Positions 1 to 11,195 of a stretch of DNA of 64,000 bases are shown here, one piece after another. Below the pieces are notes generated by a model. That model was not told the origin of the DNA. It saw only the letters and a program-made list of their open reading frames with translations, and did no database searches. Origin of the DNA: an uncultured Methylophilaceae bacterium (GTDB lineage: Bacteria; Pseudomonadota; Gammaproteobacteria; Burkholderiales; Methylophilaceae). Location of the stretch: NCBI GenBank assembly GCA_903870165.1, contig CAIQBW010000021.1, forward strand, positions 6,163 to 70,162, in the 5' to 3' direction. Within the stretch, counting starts at the first letter, position 1; each line of letters begins with the position of its first letter. Made by a program: the position numbers and the translations under genes.

Positions 1-236
1 TGGTCGCGCAAGTTTGTGGATTAAAGCTCGGTGATTTCGTCCACACATTGGGTGATGCGCATATCTATAGCAATCATTTTGAACAAGTGAATGAGCAACT
101 CACGCGCGATCTGCGTGCTTTGCCAACCATGCACATCAATCCTAATGTGACAGATATTTTCGATTTCAAATTTGAAGACTTCACGCTAGAAGGCTACGAT
201 CCTCATCCGCCAATTAAAGGCCTTGTTGCGGTTTAG
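1..236 (+). CDS. thyA: Thymidylate synthase, 3' part (5' end outside window)
   Basis: Frame open from base 3: [25 protein letters not shown]...[13 protein letters not shown], a typical ThyA C-terminus; directly upstream of folA. Confidence 0.96.
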   Translation, partial: VAQVCGLKLGDFVHTLGDAHIYSNHFEQVNEQLTRDLRALPTMHINPNVTDIFDFKFEDFTLEGYDPHPPIKGLVAV

Positions 237-237
237 T

Positions 238-720
238 ATGGCATGTTTGTCTTTAATCGTTGCGATTGCTAAAAACCGCGTCATTGGGGTTAACAACACC
301 CTACCTTGGCATTTACCAGAAGACCTCAAGCGATTCCGTGCTTTAACCACAGGCCATCACATTATTATGGGTCGTAAGACTTACGACTCGCTTGGTCGTT
401 TGTTGCCAGGTCGTACAACAGTCATCGTGACGCGCAATCCAGATTACAAGGTTGAGGGTGCGATTGTCGTGCATAGCCTTGAGGCTGCAATTACAGCTTG
501 TGGTGACGATAATGAAGCATTCTTGATTGGTGGTGCGGAGCTTTATAAAGATGGCTTAAAGCTAGCGAATAAGTTATATATAACTGAAATCGACGCAGAA
601 TATGAAGGCGATGCTTTTTTCCCAGAGTTTGAAGCATCTCAATGGCTTGCAGGCCAGCGTGAATCGCATCAAGCAGAGAATGGCTTGGGTTTTAGTTATA
701 TCACTTATCAGCGGGGTTAA
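238..720 (+). CDS. folA: Dihydrofolate reductase
   Basis: LIVAIAKNRVIG..LPWHLPEDLKRF, IMGRKT, LPGR, IGGAELY motifs; ATG at 238 one base after the thyA stop is preferred to the TTG at 223. Confidence 0.96.
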   Translation: MACLSLIVAIAKNRVIGVNNTLPWHLPEDLKRFRALTTGHHIIMGRKTYDSLGRLLPGRTTVIVTRNPDYKVEGAIVVHSLEAAITACGDDNEAFLIGGAELYKDGLKLANKLYITEIDAEYEGDAFFPEFEASQWLAGQRESHQAENGLGFSYITYQRG

Positions 721-737
721 TAGCCTGATTTCACATT

Positions 738-776
738 AAAGTAAAAGGCGCTTAAAGTTTAAGCGCCTTTTACTTT
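738..776. terminator. Bidirectional intrinsic terminator between folA and the decarboxylase gene
   Basis: AAAGTAAAAGGCGCTTAA-agt-TTAAGCGCCTTTTACTTT inverted repeat between convergent genes. Confidence 0.85.
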
Positions 777-796
777 CTAATCTCTAATATACAAGT

Positions 797-3037
797 CTAT
801 TCCGCTACGCAGTCGACGTAGTACATGGCTTTACCATCCACGACTTGTTTCACCAAGCCGTGAACATCAGTTTCAAAGCCAGGGAAGCGTTCGTTAAACT
901 CGCGTGCAAATTTGAGATAGTTGACGATAATTGCATTGAACTGTTCGCCAGGAATCAACAGTGGAATGCCTGGTGGGTAAGGGGTTAGCAATACAGCAGT
1001 AATGCGATCTTCTAGCTCATCAATTAATACACGGTCAATCTCACGGTGTGCCATTTTTGCAAATGCATCAGTCGGTTTCATGGCTGGAACCATGTTAGAT
1101 AGATACATTTCTGTGGTTAGACGCGCCACGTCATTCTTTTTGTAGATTTCATGGATTTGTGTACATAAATCTTTTAAACCTGTGCGCTCATAGCGAGGAT
1201 ATTTTGCAGCAAACTCTGGCAATACTTTCCATAGCGGTTGGTTCTTGTCGTAGTCGTCTTTGAATTGTTGAAGTGCCGCCACCATAGTGTTCCAACGGCC
1301 TTTGGTAATGCCGATGGTGAACATGATGAAGAATGAATAAAGACCAGTTTTTTCAACAATCACGCCGTGCTCTGCAAGGTATTTAGTGACGATGGCTGCT
1401 GGAATCCCAAACTCATCAGAGAAGTCACCATCCACGTCCAAACCTGGTGTAATGATGGTTGCTTTAATCGGGTCCAGCATGTTGAAGCCTTCGGCAAGGT
1501 TGCCGAAGCCGTGCCAGCGCTCGTTTGCTTTAAGCATCCAAGCCTCACGCTCTTCAATACCTTCTTCTGAAAGGTCATTCGGCCCCCAAACCTTAAACCA
1601 CCAGTCAGCACCCCATTCTTCATCCACTTTGCGCATCGCGCGGCGGAAGTCTAATGCTTCCATGATGGATTCTTCAACCAGCACAGTCCCGCCCGGTGCT
1701 TCCATCATTGCAGCGGCAACGTCGCAGCTAGCAATAATTGAGTATTGTGGGCTAGTTGATGTGTGCATCAAGTAGGCTTCGTTAAATACGTCACGGTCTA
1801 ATTGAATGCCATCTGCATCTTGCACTAAGATTTGAGAGGCTTGGCTCAAGCCAGCTAATAATTTATGAGTTGATTGCGTTGAAAAAATCATCGACTCTTT
1901 ACAACGAGGGCGGTCTGCGCCAATGGCGTGGTAATCCCCATAGAAGTCATGGAATGTAGCGTGAGGTAACCATGCTTCATCGAAATGTAGCGTATCAATC
2001 TTGCCATCTAACATTTCTTTGATTTCTTCAACGTTATAAAGCACGCCGTCATACGTTGATTGGGTAATCGTGAGTACGCGTGGTTTTGCGTTTTTATCCG
2101 TTGCAAATGGGTTGGCTTCAATTTTTTTCTTGATGTTTTCCCACTCAAATTCCGCTTTGGGAATCGGTCCGATAATGCCGAAATGGTTGCGAGTTGGCAT
2201 CAAGAACACTGGGATAGCGCCCGTCATAATAATCGAGTGCAGTACTGACTTATGACAGTTACGGTCAACCACTACGATGTCGCCAGGAGCGACAGTTGAG
2301 TTCCAAACAATCTTGTTTGATGTTGATGTCCCATTGGTGACGAAATACAGGTGGTCGCAGTTGTAAATGCGCGCTGCATTACGCTCTGACGCAGCAACAG
2401 GACCTGTATGGTCAAGCAATTGGCCAAGTTCATCTACTGCGTTACAAACGTCGGCGCGTAGCATGTTTTCACCAAAGAATTGGTGAAACATTTGTCCCAC
2501 AGGTGACTTCAAGAATGCCACGCCGCCAGAGTGACCAGGGCAGTGCCATGAATAAGAGCCATCAGCGGCGTAATGTGTTAGTGCTTTAAAGAATGGCGGC
2601 GGTAAGCTATCCAAATAAGCTTTAGCTTCACGGATAATTAAACGCGCCACAAACTCGGGTGTATCTTCATTCATGTGAATAAAGCCATGTAACTCACGTA
2701 GTACATCATTTGGAATATGGCGTGAAGTCCGTGTTTCACCGTGCAAGAAAATAGGGATTTCTTCATTGCGGTAACGGATTTCCGTTACGAATGTACGTAA
2801 CTGATCAATTGCTTCTGGTTTTTCCTCTACGATTTCTTCATCATCAATTGACAAAATAAAGGCTGATGCACGACTTTGTTGTTGTGCAAAAGAGGTTAGA
2901 TCGCCATAACTAGTGACGCCCAACACTTCAAAACCCTCTTCTTCAATGGCTTTTGCAAGTACACGAATGCCTAAGCCTGAAGAGTTTTCAGAACGGAAGT
3001 CTTCGTCGATGATAACAATAGGAAATCTAAATTTCAT
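797..3037 (-). CDS. PLP-dependent arginine/lysine/ornithine decarboxylase with N-terminal wing (receiver-like) domain
   Basis: WHCPGHSGG, FVTNGTSTSNK, DRNCHKS, HFDEAW, STHK PLP lysine, PYPPGIP motifs; substrate cannot be assigned by eye. Confidence 0.93.
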   Translation of the reverse strand: MKFRFPIVIIDEDFRSENSSGLGIRVLAKAIEEEGFEVLGVTSYGDLTSFAQQQSRASAFILSIDDEEIVEEKPEAIDQLRTFVTEIRYRNEEIPIFLHGETRTSRHIPNDVLRELHGFIHMNEDTPEFVARLIIREAKAYLDSLPPPFFKALTHYAADGSYSWHCPGHSGGVAFLKSPVGQMFHQFFGENMLRADVCNAVDELGQLLDHTGPVAASERNAARIYNCDHLYFVTNGTSTSNKIVWNSTVAPGDIVVVDRNCHKSVLHSIIMTGAIPVFLMPTRNHFGIIGPIPKAEFEWENIKKKIEANPFATDKNAKPRVLTITQSTYDGVLYNVEEIKEMLDGKIDTLHFDEAWLPHATFHDFYGDYHAIGADRPRCKESMIFSTQSTHKLLAGLSQASQILVQDADGIQLDRDVFNEAYLMHTSTSPQYSIIASCDVAAAMMEAPGGTVLVEESIMEALDFRRAMRKVDEEWGADWWFKVWGPNDLSEEGIEEREAWMLKANERWHGFGNLAEGFNMLDPIKATIITPGLDVDGDFSDEFGIPAAIVTKYLAEHGVIVEKTGLYSFFIMFTIGITKGRWNTMVAALQQFKDDYDKNQPLWKVLPEFAAKYPRYERTGLKDLCTQIHEIYKKNDVARLTTEMYLSNMVPAMKPTDAFAKMAHREIDRVLIDELEDRITAVLLTPYPPGIPLLIPGEQFNAIIVNYLKFAREFNERFPGFETDVHGLVKQVVDGKAMYYVDCVAE

Positions 3038-3058
3038 TGAGTAACCTTATTCTAACGC

Positions 3059-3634
3059 CTAGATTTTAGGCAATGTTACGCCGACTTGGCCTTGATATTT
3101 ACCGCCACGGTCTTTATAACTTGTTTCGCAAACGTCATCAGCATCTGCTTCAAAGAACAACACTTGTGCACAACCTTCGTTCGCATAGATTTTTGCTGGT
3201 AGTGGAGTGGTATTGCTAAACTCTAGCGTTACATAGCCTTCCCATTCTGGTTCGAATGGCGTGACGTTAACGATGATGCCGCAACGTGCATAAGTTGATT
3301 TACCTAAACAAACGGTTAAAACATTGCGAGGGATCCTGAAGTACTCAACGGTTCGCGCAAGTGCGAATGAATTAGGTGGAATGATGCAGTAATCTGCATT
3401 CACTTCTACAAATGAGTTTGGATCAAAGTTTTTTGGATCAACAATCGTGCTGTTGAGGTTGGTGAATAGCTTAAATTCTTTTGAGCAGCGAATGTCGTAG
3501 CCATAGCTCGAAGTGCCGTATGAAACCATGCGTTCACCAGCCGCATTCATTTTGACTTGTTTAGGCTCAAACGGCTCAATCATGCCGTGTTGTTCAGCCA
3601 TGCGGCGTATCCACTTATCCGATTTAATGCTCAT
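3059..3634 (-). CDS. dcd: dCTP deaminase
   Basis: MSIKSDKWI start, [34 protein letters not shown]. Confidence 0.96.
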   Translation of the reverse strand: MSIKSDKWIRRMAEQHGMIEPFEPKQVKMNAAGERMVSYGTSSYGYDIRCSKEFKLFTNLNSTIVDPKNFDPNSFVEVNADYCIIPPNSFALARTVEYFRIPRNVLTVCLGKSTYARCGIIVNVTPFEPEWEGYVTLEFSNTTPLPAKIYANEGCAQVLFFEADADDVCETSYKDRGGKYQGQVGVTLPKI

Positions 3635-3676
3635 TTTTCACTCAACCATTCATTAAATAACAAAAATAACAAAATT

Positions 3677-3726
3677 AAAATGCCCACGCATTATGCCATT
3701 TTACTGGCAAATCGCGCAGGCATTTT
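3677..3726 (-). terminator. Long hairpin after zwf, probably an intrinsic terminator; its loop overlaps a TAAAAT -10-like hexamer facing dcd
   Basis: On the minus-strand RNA 20 of 22 positions pair (three as G-U), followed by a U-rich tract. Confidence 0.6.
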
Positions 3727-3745
3727 GTAATGGATAAAGGTCAGT

Positions 3746-5254
3746 TTAGTGCTCGTCGCCACCTAGCTCAATGCTGTAACGCCAGAACTGATCTTCCGCT
3801 TCAAAAATCACGCTAGACTCTTTAGGATCACGGTCGCCAGCGCGGTATTGGTGCAAAGGTGTTTTGTCATTTGCCCAAGCATTCACGATTTGGTCAACCA
3901 GGCGCCATTGGGCTTCAACTTCGCTGATGTGTAGATACTGTGAAGGGTCCCCCTCCATCAAGTTAAGCATCAATGTTTCGTATGAGTCGATGGTCTCATC
4001 ACCTTGTTGACGTTGTGGACCATCAATGCTCATGGTGCGAGTAGCGATATCTAAACCTGGAATCTTTGATTCCATCTCAATTTTTACGCACTCACGCGGT
4101 TGAATATTGATGATCAGCCAGTTGTGATGTTGGCCATCTTTCAATTCAATGGGTGATTGTTTAAAACGAATGGCAATCGCAGTGTTTCCTTCATGCATAC
4201 GTTTGCCTGTACGAACATAGAAAGGAACGCCTTTCCAACGAGGATTATCAATAAATAACTTAACGGCTGCATAAGTTTCTGTGAAGCTTGTATCGCCGAG
4301 ACCATCACGTTTTATTTCCTCTAAATAGCCAGGAACATTTTCACCATGGCCATCACCTACACAAACACGACCTGCGGCATACTGCGCGCGGAATACTTGT
4401 TTGTTGAAATTATTTAAGTCGATTGGACGAATGGATTCCAACACCTTAATTTTCTCAGCACGGATGCTATCTGGCGTGAGGTCTTTTGGTTTTTCCATTG
4501 CGACCAAAGCTAAAGTTTGTAGTAAGTGACTTTGGAACATGTCACGAAGGGCACCAGTGGCATCGTAGAAAGTGGTTCGTTCGCCAACGCCTAATGTCTC
4601 ATTATTAGTGATTTGAACGTGGTCGATGTGACCGCTATTCCAAAGCGGCTCAAAAATTGCATTGGTAAAGCGAGTCAGCATAATGTTTTGAATCGCTGAT
4701 TTACCAAGGTAATGGTCAATTCGGTAAATTTGACTTTCTTTTAAGTGCTTAGTGATTTTTGATTGCAAATCTTGGGCGCTTGCTAAGTCTGTGCCAAATG
4801 GCTTTTCAATTAATACGCGGCGCCAATATTTGCTTTCGTCTAATAAGCCAACGCCTGATAGTTGCTCAACAACTGGTGCGAAGTCAGTAGGACGAACAGA
4901 TAAAAAGTATGCTAAGTTCTGTGGAAACACTTTCTCATCGCTAAGTCTGTCACGCATTTTTTCGAACGCATTAGGATCTGTTGGGGGGTTAGCGTGGTAA
5001 TGATTGCGATTTAGAAAACGCTCAAATACTTGCTTGTCGTAGCCATTTTTAAATTTAGCGTCCAACATCCCCTTGATTTCTTTGTGCCAATCTTCTCGCG
5101 CAACGTCACCGCGACCTACAGATAAAATCGCCATGTGGTCTGGCAAACGGCCAGCAGCATCCAAACGGAAAAGGCCTGGAATTAGTTTTAGGCGAGATAG
5201 GTTGCCGCTAGCGCCAAATAAAACAAGGGTACAAGGATCAATTTGTTTGCTCAT
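3746..5254 (-). CDS. zwf: Glucose-6-phosphate 1-dehydrogenase
   Basis: FGASGNL Rossmann motif, EKPFG, RIDHYLGK, WKGVPFYVRTGK; start taken at MSKQIDP (5254). Confidence 0.95.
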   Translation of the reverse strand: MSKQIDPCTLVLFGASGNLSRLKLIPGLFRLDAAGRLPDHMAILSVGRGDVAREDWHKEIKGMLDAKFKNGYDKQVFERFLNRNHYHANPPTDPNAFEKMRDRLSDEKVFPQNLAYFLSVRPTDFAPVVEQLSGVGLLDESKYWRRVLIEKPFGTDLASAQDLQSKITKHLKESQIYRIDHYLGKSAIQNIMLTRFTNAIFEPLWNSGHIDHVQITNNETLGVGERTTFYDATGALRDMFQSHLLQTLALVAMEKPKDLTPDSIRAEKIKVLESIRPIDLNNFNKQVFRAQYAAGRVCVGDGHGENVPGYLEEIKRDGLGDTSFTETYAAVKLFIDNPRWKGVPFYVRTGKRMHEGNTAIAIRFKQSPIELKDGQHHNWLIINIQPRECVKIEMESKIPGLDIATRTMSIDGPQRQQGDETIDSYETLMLNLMEGDPSQYLHISEVEAQWRLVDQIVNAWANDKTPLHQYRAGDRDPKESSVIFEAEDQFWRYSIELGGDEH

Positions 5255-5288
5255 TACTTCAAGTTTCCTAAGGTTTTGGTATTGATAA

Positions 5289-5311
5289 GCGGCCAATCTC
5301 ATGTTGGCCGC
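5289..5311 (-). promoter_or_regulatory. Intercistronic stem-loop between gnd and zwf
   Basis: Perfect 8-bp stem GCGGCCAA / TTGGCCGC with a 7-nt loop and only a weak U tail. Confidence 0.5.
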
Positions 5312-5338
5312 AATGGTCTGTTTAGTTATTGATGATGA

Positions 5339-6262
5339 TTAGTCGTTGACTGACTTAACAAAGTGACCGCCAAAGCCATTGCGCATCATGGATAGCAATT
5401 TGTAGCTATAGCCGGTTGCGTCTTGGCTTCTGAAGCGGGCTTGCAGGGCGAGGGTAAGTACCGGGGCAGCAACCCCTTGTTCAACTGACTCCATCACTGT
5501 CCAGCGACCTTCACCTGAGTCCGCCACATAAGGAGCAACAGCAGAAAGCTCTTGGTCTTCCTTCAATGCGTCAGCAGTTAAATCCAATAACCAGCTACGC
5601 ACTACTGAACCATGACGCCATAGCTCTGTGACTTGAGCTAAGTCTAAATTGAAATCAGTTTTGCCTTTTAGTAAATCCAAGCCTTCAGCCATGGCTTGCA
5701 TCATGCCGTATTCAATACCGTTATGAATCATCTTTGTAAAATGGCCTGAACCAATTGGGCCAACATGAGCCCAGCCATTTTCTTTAGATGGAGCAAGCGC
5801 AATGAGGATAGGTTCTACTGCTTTTGCGACTTCAGGAGTTGCCCCTACCATTAAGCAGTAACCGTTTTCCAAGCCCCAGATGCCACCGGATGTGCCAGCA
5901 TCCATAAAGCCGATGCCGCGTTCTGCAAGCCAAGCACCACGTCGTTGACTGTCTTTGTAATTTGAATTGCCGCCATCAATAATGATGTCGCCTTTAGCAA
6001 GTATCTCAGCGAGATTTTGAATTTGAATTTCTGTGGGCTCACCGCTTGGCAACATTAGCCATACAATCCGTTTCTCGCCACTTTCGCCAAGTTTAGAAAC
6101 TGCATCAGCGACTGAGCTTGATGCAATCATGCCTTCTGTTTCTACTAACTTATTTACGACATCTACACTTCTATCGTATCCGACGACTTCAATACCACTG
6201 CGAAGCAAGCGAGTCGTCATATTGCCACCCATCTTGCCTAAACCTATCATTGCTAGTTTCAT
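5339..6262 (-). CDS. gnd: 6-phosphogluconate dehydrogenase, decarboxylating, short (YqeC/GntZ-like) form
   Basis: GLGKMG, IIDGGNS, GTSGG, GHFTKMIHNGIEYGMMQ, DSGEGRW, MRNGFGGH. Confidence 0.95.
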   Translation of the reverse strand: MKLAMIGLGKMGGNMTTRLLRSGIEVVGYDRSVDVVNKLVETEGMIASSSVADAVSKLGESGEKRIVWLMLPSGEPTEIQIQNLAEILAKGDIIIDGGNSNYKDSQRRGAWLAERGIGFMDAGTSGGIWGLENGYCLMVGATPEVAKAVEPILIALAPSKENGWAHVGPIGSGHFTKMIHNGIEYGMMQAMAEGLDLLKGKTDFNLDLAQVTELWRHGSVVRSWLLDLTADALKEDQELSAVAPYVADSGEGRWTVMESVEQGVAAPVLTLALQARFRSQDATGYSYKLLSMMRNGFGGHFVKSVND

Positions 6263-6368
6263 TCATTTTCCTTGGTTAGGATATAGTCTGCCATCGTCCT
6301 TTTGGGTAAGATGGCGGCCTAAATTGATTTATTAAAATAAGTCTGCAATTATAACGTGAAGGCTTTGC

Positions 6369-7097
6369 ATGATGCAAAACACAAACCAAGAAAATTTCCC
6401 AGAAAAAATGCAAGAAAAAACAAGACAAGTTAGCCGTTGGCATAAGTTTGAAACACAAGAAGCAATTAACCAAGCCACATTAAACCGAATTTTAGCCGCC
6501 GCAAACGAAGCGATTGCTAATCGAGGTAGTTTCTCTATAGTGCTTGCAGGCGGTTCAACGCCTAAGAGTGTTTATGCTTTGCTAAAAGATGCAAAAGCCG
6601 ATTGGGCGCATTGGCATATTTATCACAATGATGACCGCTGTTTGCCAGTGGATAGTCCTGAGCGCAACAGTTTGATGGCGCGCACCACATGGCTTGACCA
6701 TGTGGCCATTCCCGCCAATCAAATCCACGATATTCCTGCAGAGTTAGGGAATGTTGAAGGCGCTAGAGCTTATACAAAAACGCTGGCTGGCGTTCCTCAA
6801 TTTGATTTGGTTTTACTAGGTTTGGGTGAGGATGGTCATACAGCAAGCTTATTCCCTGATCAGCCAGTTGATAATTCATCTGATGCGGTACCTGTATTTG
6901 ATGCACCAAAACCACCCGCAGAACGTATAACTGTTAGTCAGCAACGTTTAAGCAATACAAGAGAAGTGATTTTCTTGGTCACGGGAGCTGGCAAGCAAGA
7001 GGCGGTGAATAATTGGCGAAATGGGCATGCTATTCCGGCAACATTGATTTCCCCTGAGAATGGCGTAGATGTTTATTGCTTTGGCGTGAAGTTTTAG
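6369..7097 (+). CDS. pgl: 6-phosphogluconolactonase
   Basis: LAGGSTP, DDRC, LGLGEDGHTASLFP, PKPPAERIT; divergent from gnd; exact start uncertain. Confidence 0.94.
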   Translation: MMQNTNQENFPEKMQEKTRQVSRWHKFETQEAINQATLNRILAAANEAIANRGSFSIVLAGGSTPKSVYALLKDAKADWAHWHIYHNDDRCLPVDSPERNSLMARTTWLDHVAIPANQIHDIPAELGNVEGARAYTKTLAGVPQFDLVLLGLGEDGHTASLFPDQPVDNSSDAVPVFDAPKPPAERITVSQQRLSNTREVIFLVTGAGKQEAVNNWRNGHAIPATLISPENGVDVYCFGVKF

Positions 7098-7121
7098 GCT
7101 GAAGATCTAACTTAAGCCTCT

Positions 7122-7157
7122 AAGCAAAAAGCTCCGAACTCTAGGGGCTTTTTGCTT
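7122..7157. terminator. Bidirectional terminator between pgl and apbC
   Basis: AAGCAAAAAGCTCC...GGGGCTTTTTGCTT inverted repeat between convergent genes. Confidence 0.8.
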
Positions 7158-7169
7158 GCACACGTTGAA

Positions 7170-8258
7170 TTAAGTGTTCTGAATCACAATATTTGGGAAT
7201 TTACTGCTGTGGTCTAGCGCAAGTTGAGATAGCTTAGAGGCAGTCTTTCTAGCGATCTGTTTATAAATACCAGCGATTTGACTGCTAGGCTCACTAATCA
7301 CGGTTGGCTTGCCGCCGTCCGATTGTTCACGAATTTTAATGTCAAGTGGCAAACTACCAAGTAAATCTACTTTGTAGTCTCTACACATTGCCTCACCGCC
7401 ACCTGCGCCAAAAATATGTTCTTCATGTCCGCATTTTGAGCAAATGTGTGTGCTCATGTTTTCAACGATTCCTAGAATTGGAATGCCAACTTTCTCAAAC
7501 ATTTTGAGCCCTTTGCGAGCATCTAATAGGGCGATGTCTTGAGGCGTGGTTACAATAATGGCGCCAGTAACTGGTACCTTTTGTGACAGTGTTAGTTGAA
7601 TATCGCCAGTGCCTGGTGGCAAGTCTACAATTAAATAATCGAGGTCTTTCCAGCGTGTGTCGCGGAGGAGTTGCTCTAAAGCGCCTGTTACCATGGGGCC
7701 ACGCCATACCATAGGAGTATCCACATCCACCAAGAATCCTATTGACATGGCTTGAATGCCGTGTGCTTGCATTGGCTCTATGCTTTTGCCATCAGCGCTG
7801 TCTGGTCGACCTGAGATCCCAAGCATTTGAGGTTGGCTAGGGCCGTAAATATCAGCATCTAAAATCCCAACGTTAGCGCCTTCCTCAGCTAGGGCGAGGG
7901 CAATATTGACGGCAGTGGTCGATTTGCCAACGCCACCTTTGCCAGACGCCACAGCAATAATGTTTTTAACGTTTGGAATAAGCGGTACCCCACGCTGCGC
8001 GCTATGCGGCACAATGCGGCTACCAATATTGATCGATATGCTGCCGATGCCAGCCATCGTTTTTAGTTTATTCTCAACGAGCATTTTAATATCGTTTAAT
8101 ACGCTCTTAGCTGGGTAACCCAACACGATATCTAATGAGACATCATTTCCTTTGGTTTGAATATTCTTCGCTGATTTGCTAGTGATGAAGTCCTCGTCTG
8201 TATTAGGGTCTATCAATGTTTTGAGGGTGTTTTGAACGTCTAATTCCGAAATTGGCAT
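7170..8258 (-). CDS. apbC: Fe-S cluster carrier ATPase Mrp/ApbC
   Basis: SGKGGVGKST deviant Walker A, DADIYGPS, DLPPGTGD, CSKC; divergent from metG as is usual. Confidence 0.96.
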   Translation of the reverse strand: MPISELDVQNTLKTLIDPNTDEDFITSKSAKNIQTKGNDVSLDIVLGYPAKSVLNDIKMLVENKLKTMAGIGSISINIGSRIVPHSAQRGVPLIPNVKNIIAVASGKGGVGKSTTAVNIALALAEEGANVGILDADIYGPSQPQMLGISGRPDSADGKSIEPMQAHGIQAMSIGFLVDVDTPMVWRGPMVTGALEQLLRDTRWKDLDYLIVDLPPGTGDIQLTLSQKVPVTGAIIVTTPQDIALLDARKGLKMFEKVGIPILGIVENMSTHICSKCGHEEHIFGAGGGEAMCRDYKVDLLGSLPLDIKIREQSDGGKPTVISEPSSQIAGIYKQIARKTASKLSQLALDHSSKFPNIVIQNT

Positions 8259-8376
8259 TGAGTTTTCCTTGCAATAATTCTTGAGTAAAAGATTAAGGTA
8301 ATTTTAACGCATGTGAAAGCGCCCGTCATTTGTTAAAATGGGCGTATTCGAACAATTTATAAATAGATTGAAATTC

Positions 8377-10425
8377 ATGAGCCGTAAAATTCTGGTCACT
8401 TCAGCACTTCCTTATGCCAATGGCAGTATCCATTTAGGGCATTTGGTTGAATATATTCAAACTGATATTTGGGTGCGCTTTCAGAAAATGCAAGGTAATA
8501 CCGTACATTATGTTTGCGCTGATGACACTCATGGCACACCGATTATGTTGCGTGCAGAAAAAGAAGGCATTACACCAGAGGCCTTGATTGCAAAGGTGCA
8601 TAAGGAGCATTACGATGATTTTTCAGAGTTTTTAGTTGAGTTTGATAATTACTATTCAACCAATTCACCGGAGAATAAAGAGTTAGCAAGTGGCATTTAC
8701 AAGACGCTAAAAGCTAACGGCAAAATTGCAACTAAGACCATTGAACAGTTTTATGATCCAGTCAAAAACATGTTTTTACCAGACCGCTTTATTAAAGGCG
8801 AATGTCCTAAGTGTCATGCTAAAGACCAATATGGCGATTCCTGTGAAGTTTGCGGCGCGACTTATAACCCAACTGAACTGATTAATCCATTCTCTGCTGT
8901 TTCTGGTGCAGCCCCTGTGCGAAAAGAAACTGAGCATTACTTCTTTAAGCTTTCCGAGTGTAGCGACTTCTTACGCGGTTGGACACGCTCTGGCACGCTT
9001 CAACAAGAAGCCGCCAATAAAATGAATGAGTGGATCGGTGAGGCGGGCGAGAATAAGCTGTCAGATTGGGATATCTCCCGTGATGCACCATATTTTGGTT
9101 TTGAAATTCCAGATGCGCCAGGCAAGTATTTCTATGTTTGGTTAGATGCGCCAATTGGTTACATGGCGAGCTTTAAAAATCTTTGTGCTAAAAACGGCTT
9201 AGATTTTGATGAGTATTGGAAAGCTGATTCTAAAACGGAGCTTTATCATTTTATTGGTAAAGATATTTTGTATTTCCACGCTTTGTTCTGGCCTGCAACC
9301 CTTGAGTACTCTGGCTATCGTAAACCAACGCAAATTTTCTCGCATGGGTTCTTAACAGTCAATGGCGAAAAGATGTCTAAGTCTCGCGGTACTTTCATTA
9401 CCGCCCGGAGTTATTTAGACCACATTAAAAATCCTGAATATTTACGCTATTACTATGCCGCTAAACTAAACGGCAGTATGGAAGATATTGATTTGAATTT
9501 AGAAGACTTTGTGGCACGGGTGAATAGCGACTTGGTGGGTAAGTACATCAATATTGCGAGTCGGACTGCGGGGTTTATTAATAAGCGGTTTGCAGGCAAA
9601 TTAGTTCTTGCGAACAATCATGCCGTTGTAGAAACAATTAAAAAATCTGCGCCTGAAATTGCTAAAGCTTATGAAGCACGTGATTACAGTCGTGCACTTC
9701 GTGAAATTATGCGTTTGGCGGATTTGGCTAATGCGGATGTTGCAGAAGCGGCGCCTTGGGTTGTCGCTAAGCAAGAGGGTGATGAAGCGCAAGCTAAACT
9801 TCATGCCGATTGTTCAAGTGCACTTGAAATGTTCCGTTTGCTAACGCTTTACTTAAAACCAGCATTGCCGGAGTTGGCAGCTAATATTGAACGCTTCTTG
9901 AATATTGCACCACTTACATGGGTTAGCGTGAATGATTCATTTGTCGATGGCCATGCAATTAACGAATACAGCCACTTAATTACCAGAATTGATCCGAAAC
10001 ATATTGAAGCCATGACTGAAGCTAATAAAGAAAGTTTGCAACAATCATCTCCTGCAGTTGCCAATGTTGCACTTGGAGTATCTGAAACCGCAGGCGACTA
10101 TATCTCGATTGATGATTTTACGAAAGTGGATTTGCGTATCGCCAAAATCGTTAATGCTGAACATGTGGAAGGTGCTGAAAAGCTCTTGCGTTTGAGTTTG
10201 GATATCGGCGAGGACAATCCTCGACAAGTATTTGCAGGCATTAAATCCGCTTACGATCCTGCGAATTTGGTCGGTCGTTTAACCGTTATGGTGGCCAACC
10301 TTGCGCCGCGCAAGATGAAATTTGGTATGTCTGAGGGCATGGTATTAGCGGCAAGTGATGAGCGTGGTGGTCCATTTATTTTGTCACCAGATGCGGGTGC
10401 TGAAGCGGGTATGCGGGTTAAGTAA
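8377..10425 (+). CDS. metG: Methionine--tRNA ligase
   Basis: ALPYANG-HLGH, CPKC/CEVC zinc knuckle, KMSKS, C-terminal tRNA-binding domain; start at MSRKIL. Confidence 0.97.
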   Translation: MSRKILVTSALPYANGSIHLGHLVEYIQTDIWVRFQKMQGNTVHYVCADDTHGTPIMLRAEKEGITPEALIAKVHKEHYDDFSEFLVEFDNYYSTNSPENKELASGIYKTLKANGKIATKTIEQFYDPVKNMFLPDRFIKGECPKCHAKDQYGDSCEVCGATYNPTELINPFSAVSGAAPVRKETEHYFFKLSECSDFLRGWTRSGTLQQEAANKMNEWIGEAGENKLSDWDISRDAPYFGFEIPDAPGKYFYVWLDAPIGYMASFKNLCAKNGLDFDEYWKADSKTELYHFIGKDILYFHALFWPATLEYSGYRKPTQIFSHGFLTVNGEKMSKSRGTFITARSYLDHIKNPEYLRYYYAAKLNGSMEDIDLNLEDFVARVNSDLVGKYINIASRTAGFINKRFAGKLVLANNHAVVETIKKSAPEIAKAYEARDYSRALREIMRLADLANADVAEAAPWVVAKQEGDEAQAKLHADCSSALEMFRLLTLYLKPALPELAANIERFLNIAPLTWVSVNDSFVDGHAINEYSHLITRIDPKHIEAMTEANKESLQQSSPAVANVALGVSETAGDYISIDDFTKVDLRIAKIVNAEHVEGAEKLLRLSLDIGEDNPRQVFAGIKSAYDPANLVGRLTVMVANLAPRKMKFGMSEGMVLAASDERGGPFILSPDAGAEAGMRVK

Positions 10426-10484
10426 AACAGTTCTATAAAAACTCGTAACTTGAGCTGCCCCAAAAAATTGCAGATTAGCCTGGG

Positions 10485-11195
10485 TTAAGCGATAAGGATT
10501 TCTTCATTTATTTTTTTAAGTGTTTCGAGTGGGTTTTTAGACTTTGTTATGGGGCGACCAATCACTAAGTAGCTTGAACCTAATGCCAAAGCTTGGCTTG
10601 GCGTCACCACGCGAGATTGGTCATCAAGTGCTGCATCGGCAGGGCGGATGCCTGGTGTCACTAGACAAAATTTTTCACCGAATGCTTTTCTCAAGATTGG
10701 TGCTTCTTGCGCAGAACACACAACACCATCCAGCCCTGATTTTTGAGTGAGAGTGGCTAGACTGAGCACTTGGTCGGAAAGGGTACCAGTCACGCCAATT
10801 TCATTGAGCATTTGTTGATTCATGCTGGTGAGCACGGTCACGGCGATAAGTATTGGTTTTGCGCCTGAGCGTTCAACCCCTTCGCGCGCGGCTTCCATCA
10901 TGGCACTTCCGCCAGATGCGTGAACATTGAGCATCCACACACCTAGTCGACTGGCAGCTTCACAAGCTTTTGCAACGGTGGTTGGGATATCGTGAAATTT
11001 TAAATCTAAAAATACGCCAAAGCCTTTCGCAATAAGTCCTTCAACGAGATGAGGGCCTGCCGCAGTAAATAATTCTTTGCCCACTTTTAAACGGCATAGG
11101 GCAGGGTCAATTTGCTCAACAAACTTGAGCGCGTCTTGCGAATTCGAAAAATCTAGCGCGATAACAATTTTTGGATCGAGTGTCGTTTGAATCAT
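10485..11195 (-). CDS. pyrF: Orotidine-5'-phosphate decarboxylase
   Basis: [28 protein letters not shown]. Confidence 0.97.
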   Translation of the reverse strand: MIQTTLDPKIVIALDFSNSQDALKFVEQIDPALCRLKVGKELFTAAGPHLVEGLIAKGFGVFLDLKFHDIPTTVAKACEAASRLGVWMLNVHASGGSAMMEAAREGVERSGAKPILIAVTVLTSMNQQMLNEIGVTGTLSDQVLSLATLTQKSGLDGVVCSAQEAPILRKAFGEKFCLVTPGIRPADAALDDQSRVVTPSQALALGSSYLVIGRPITKSKNPLETLKKINEEILIA

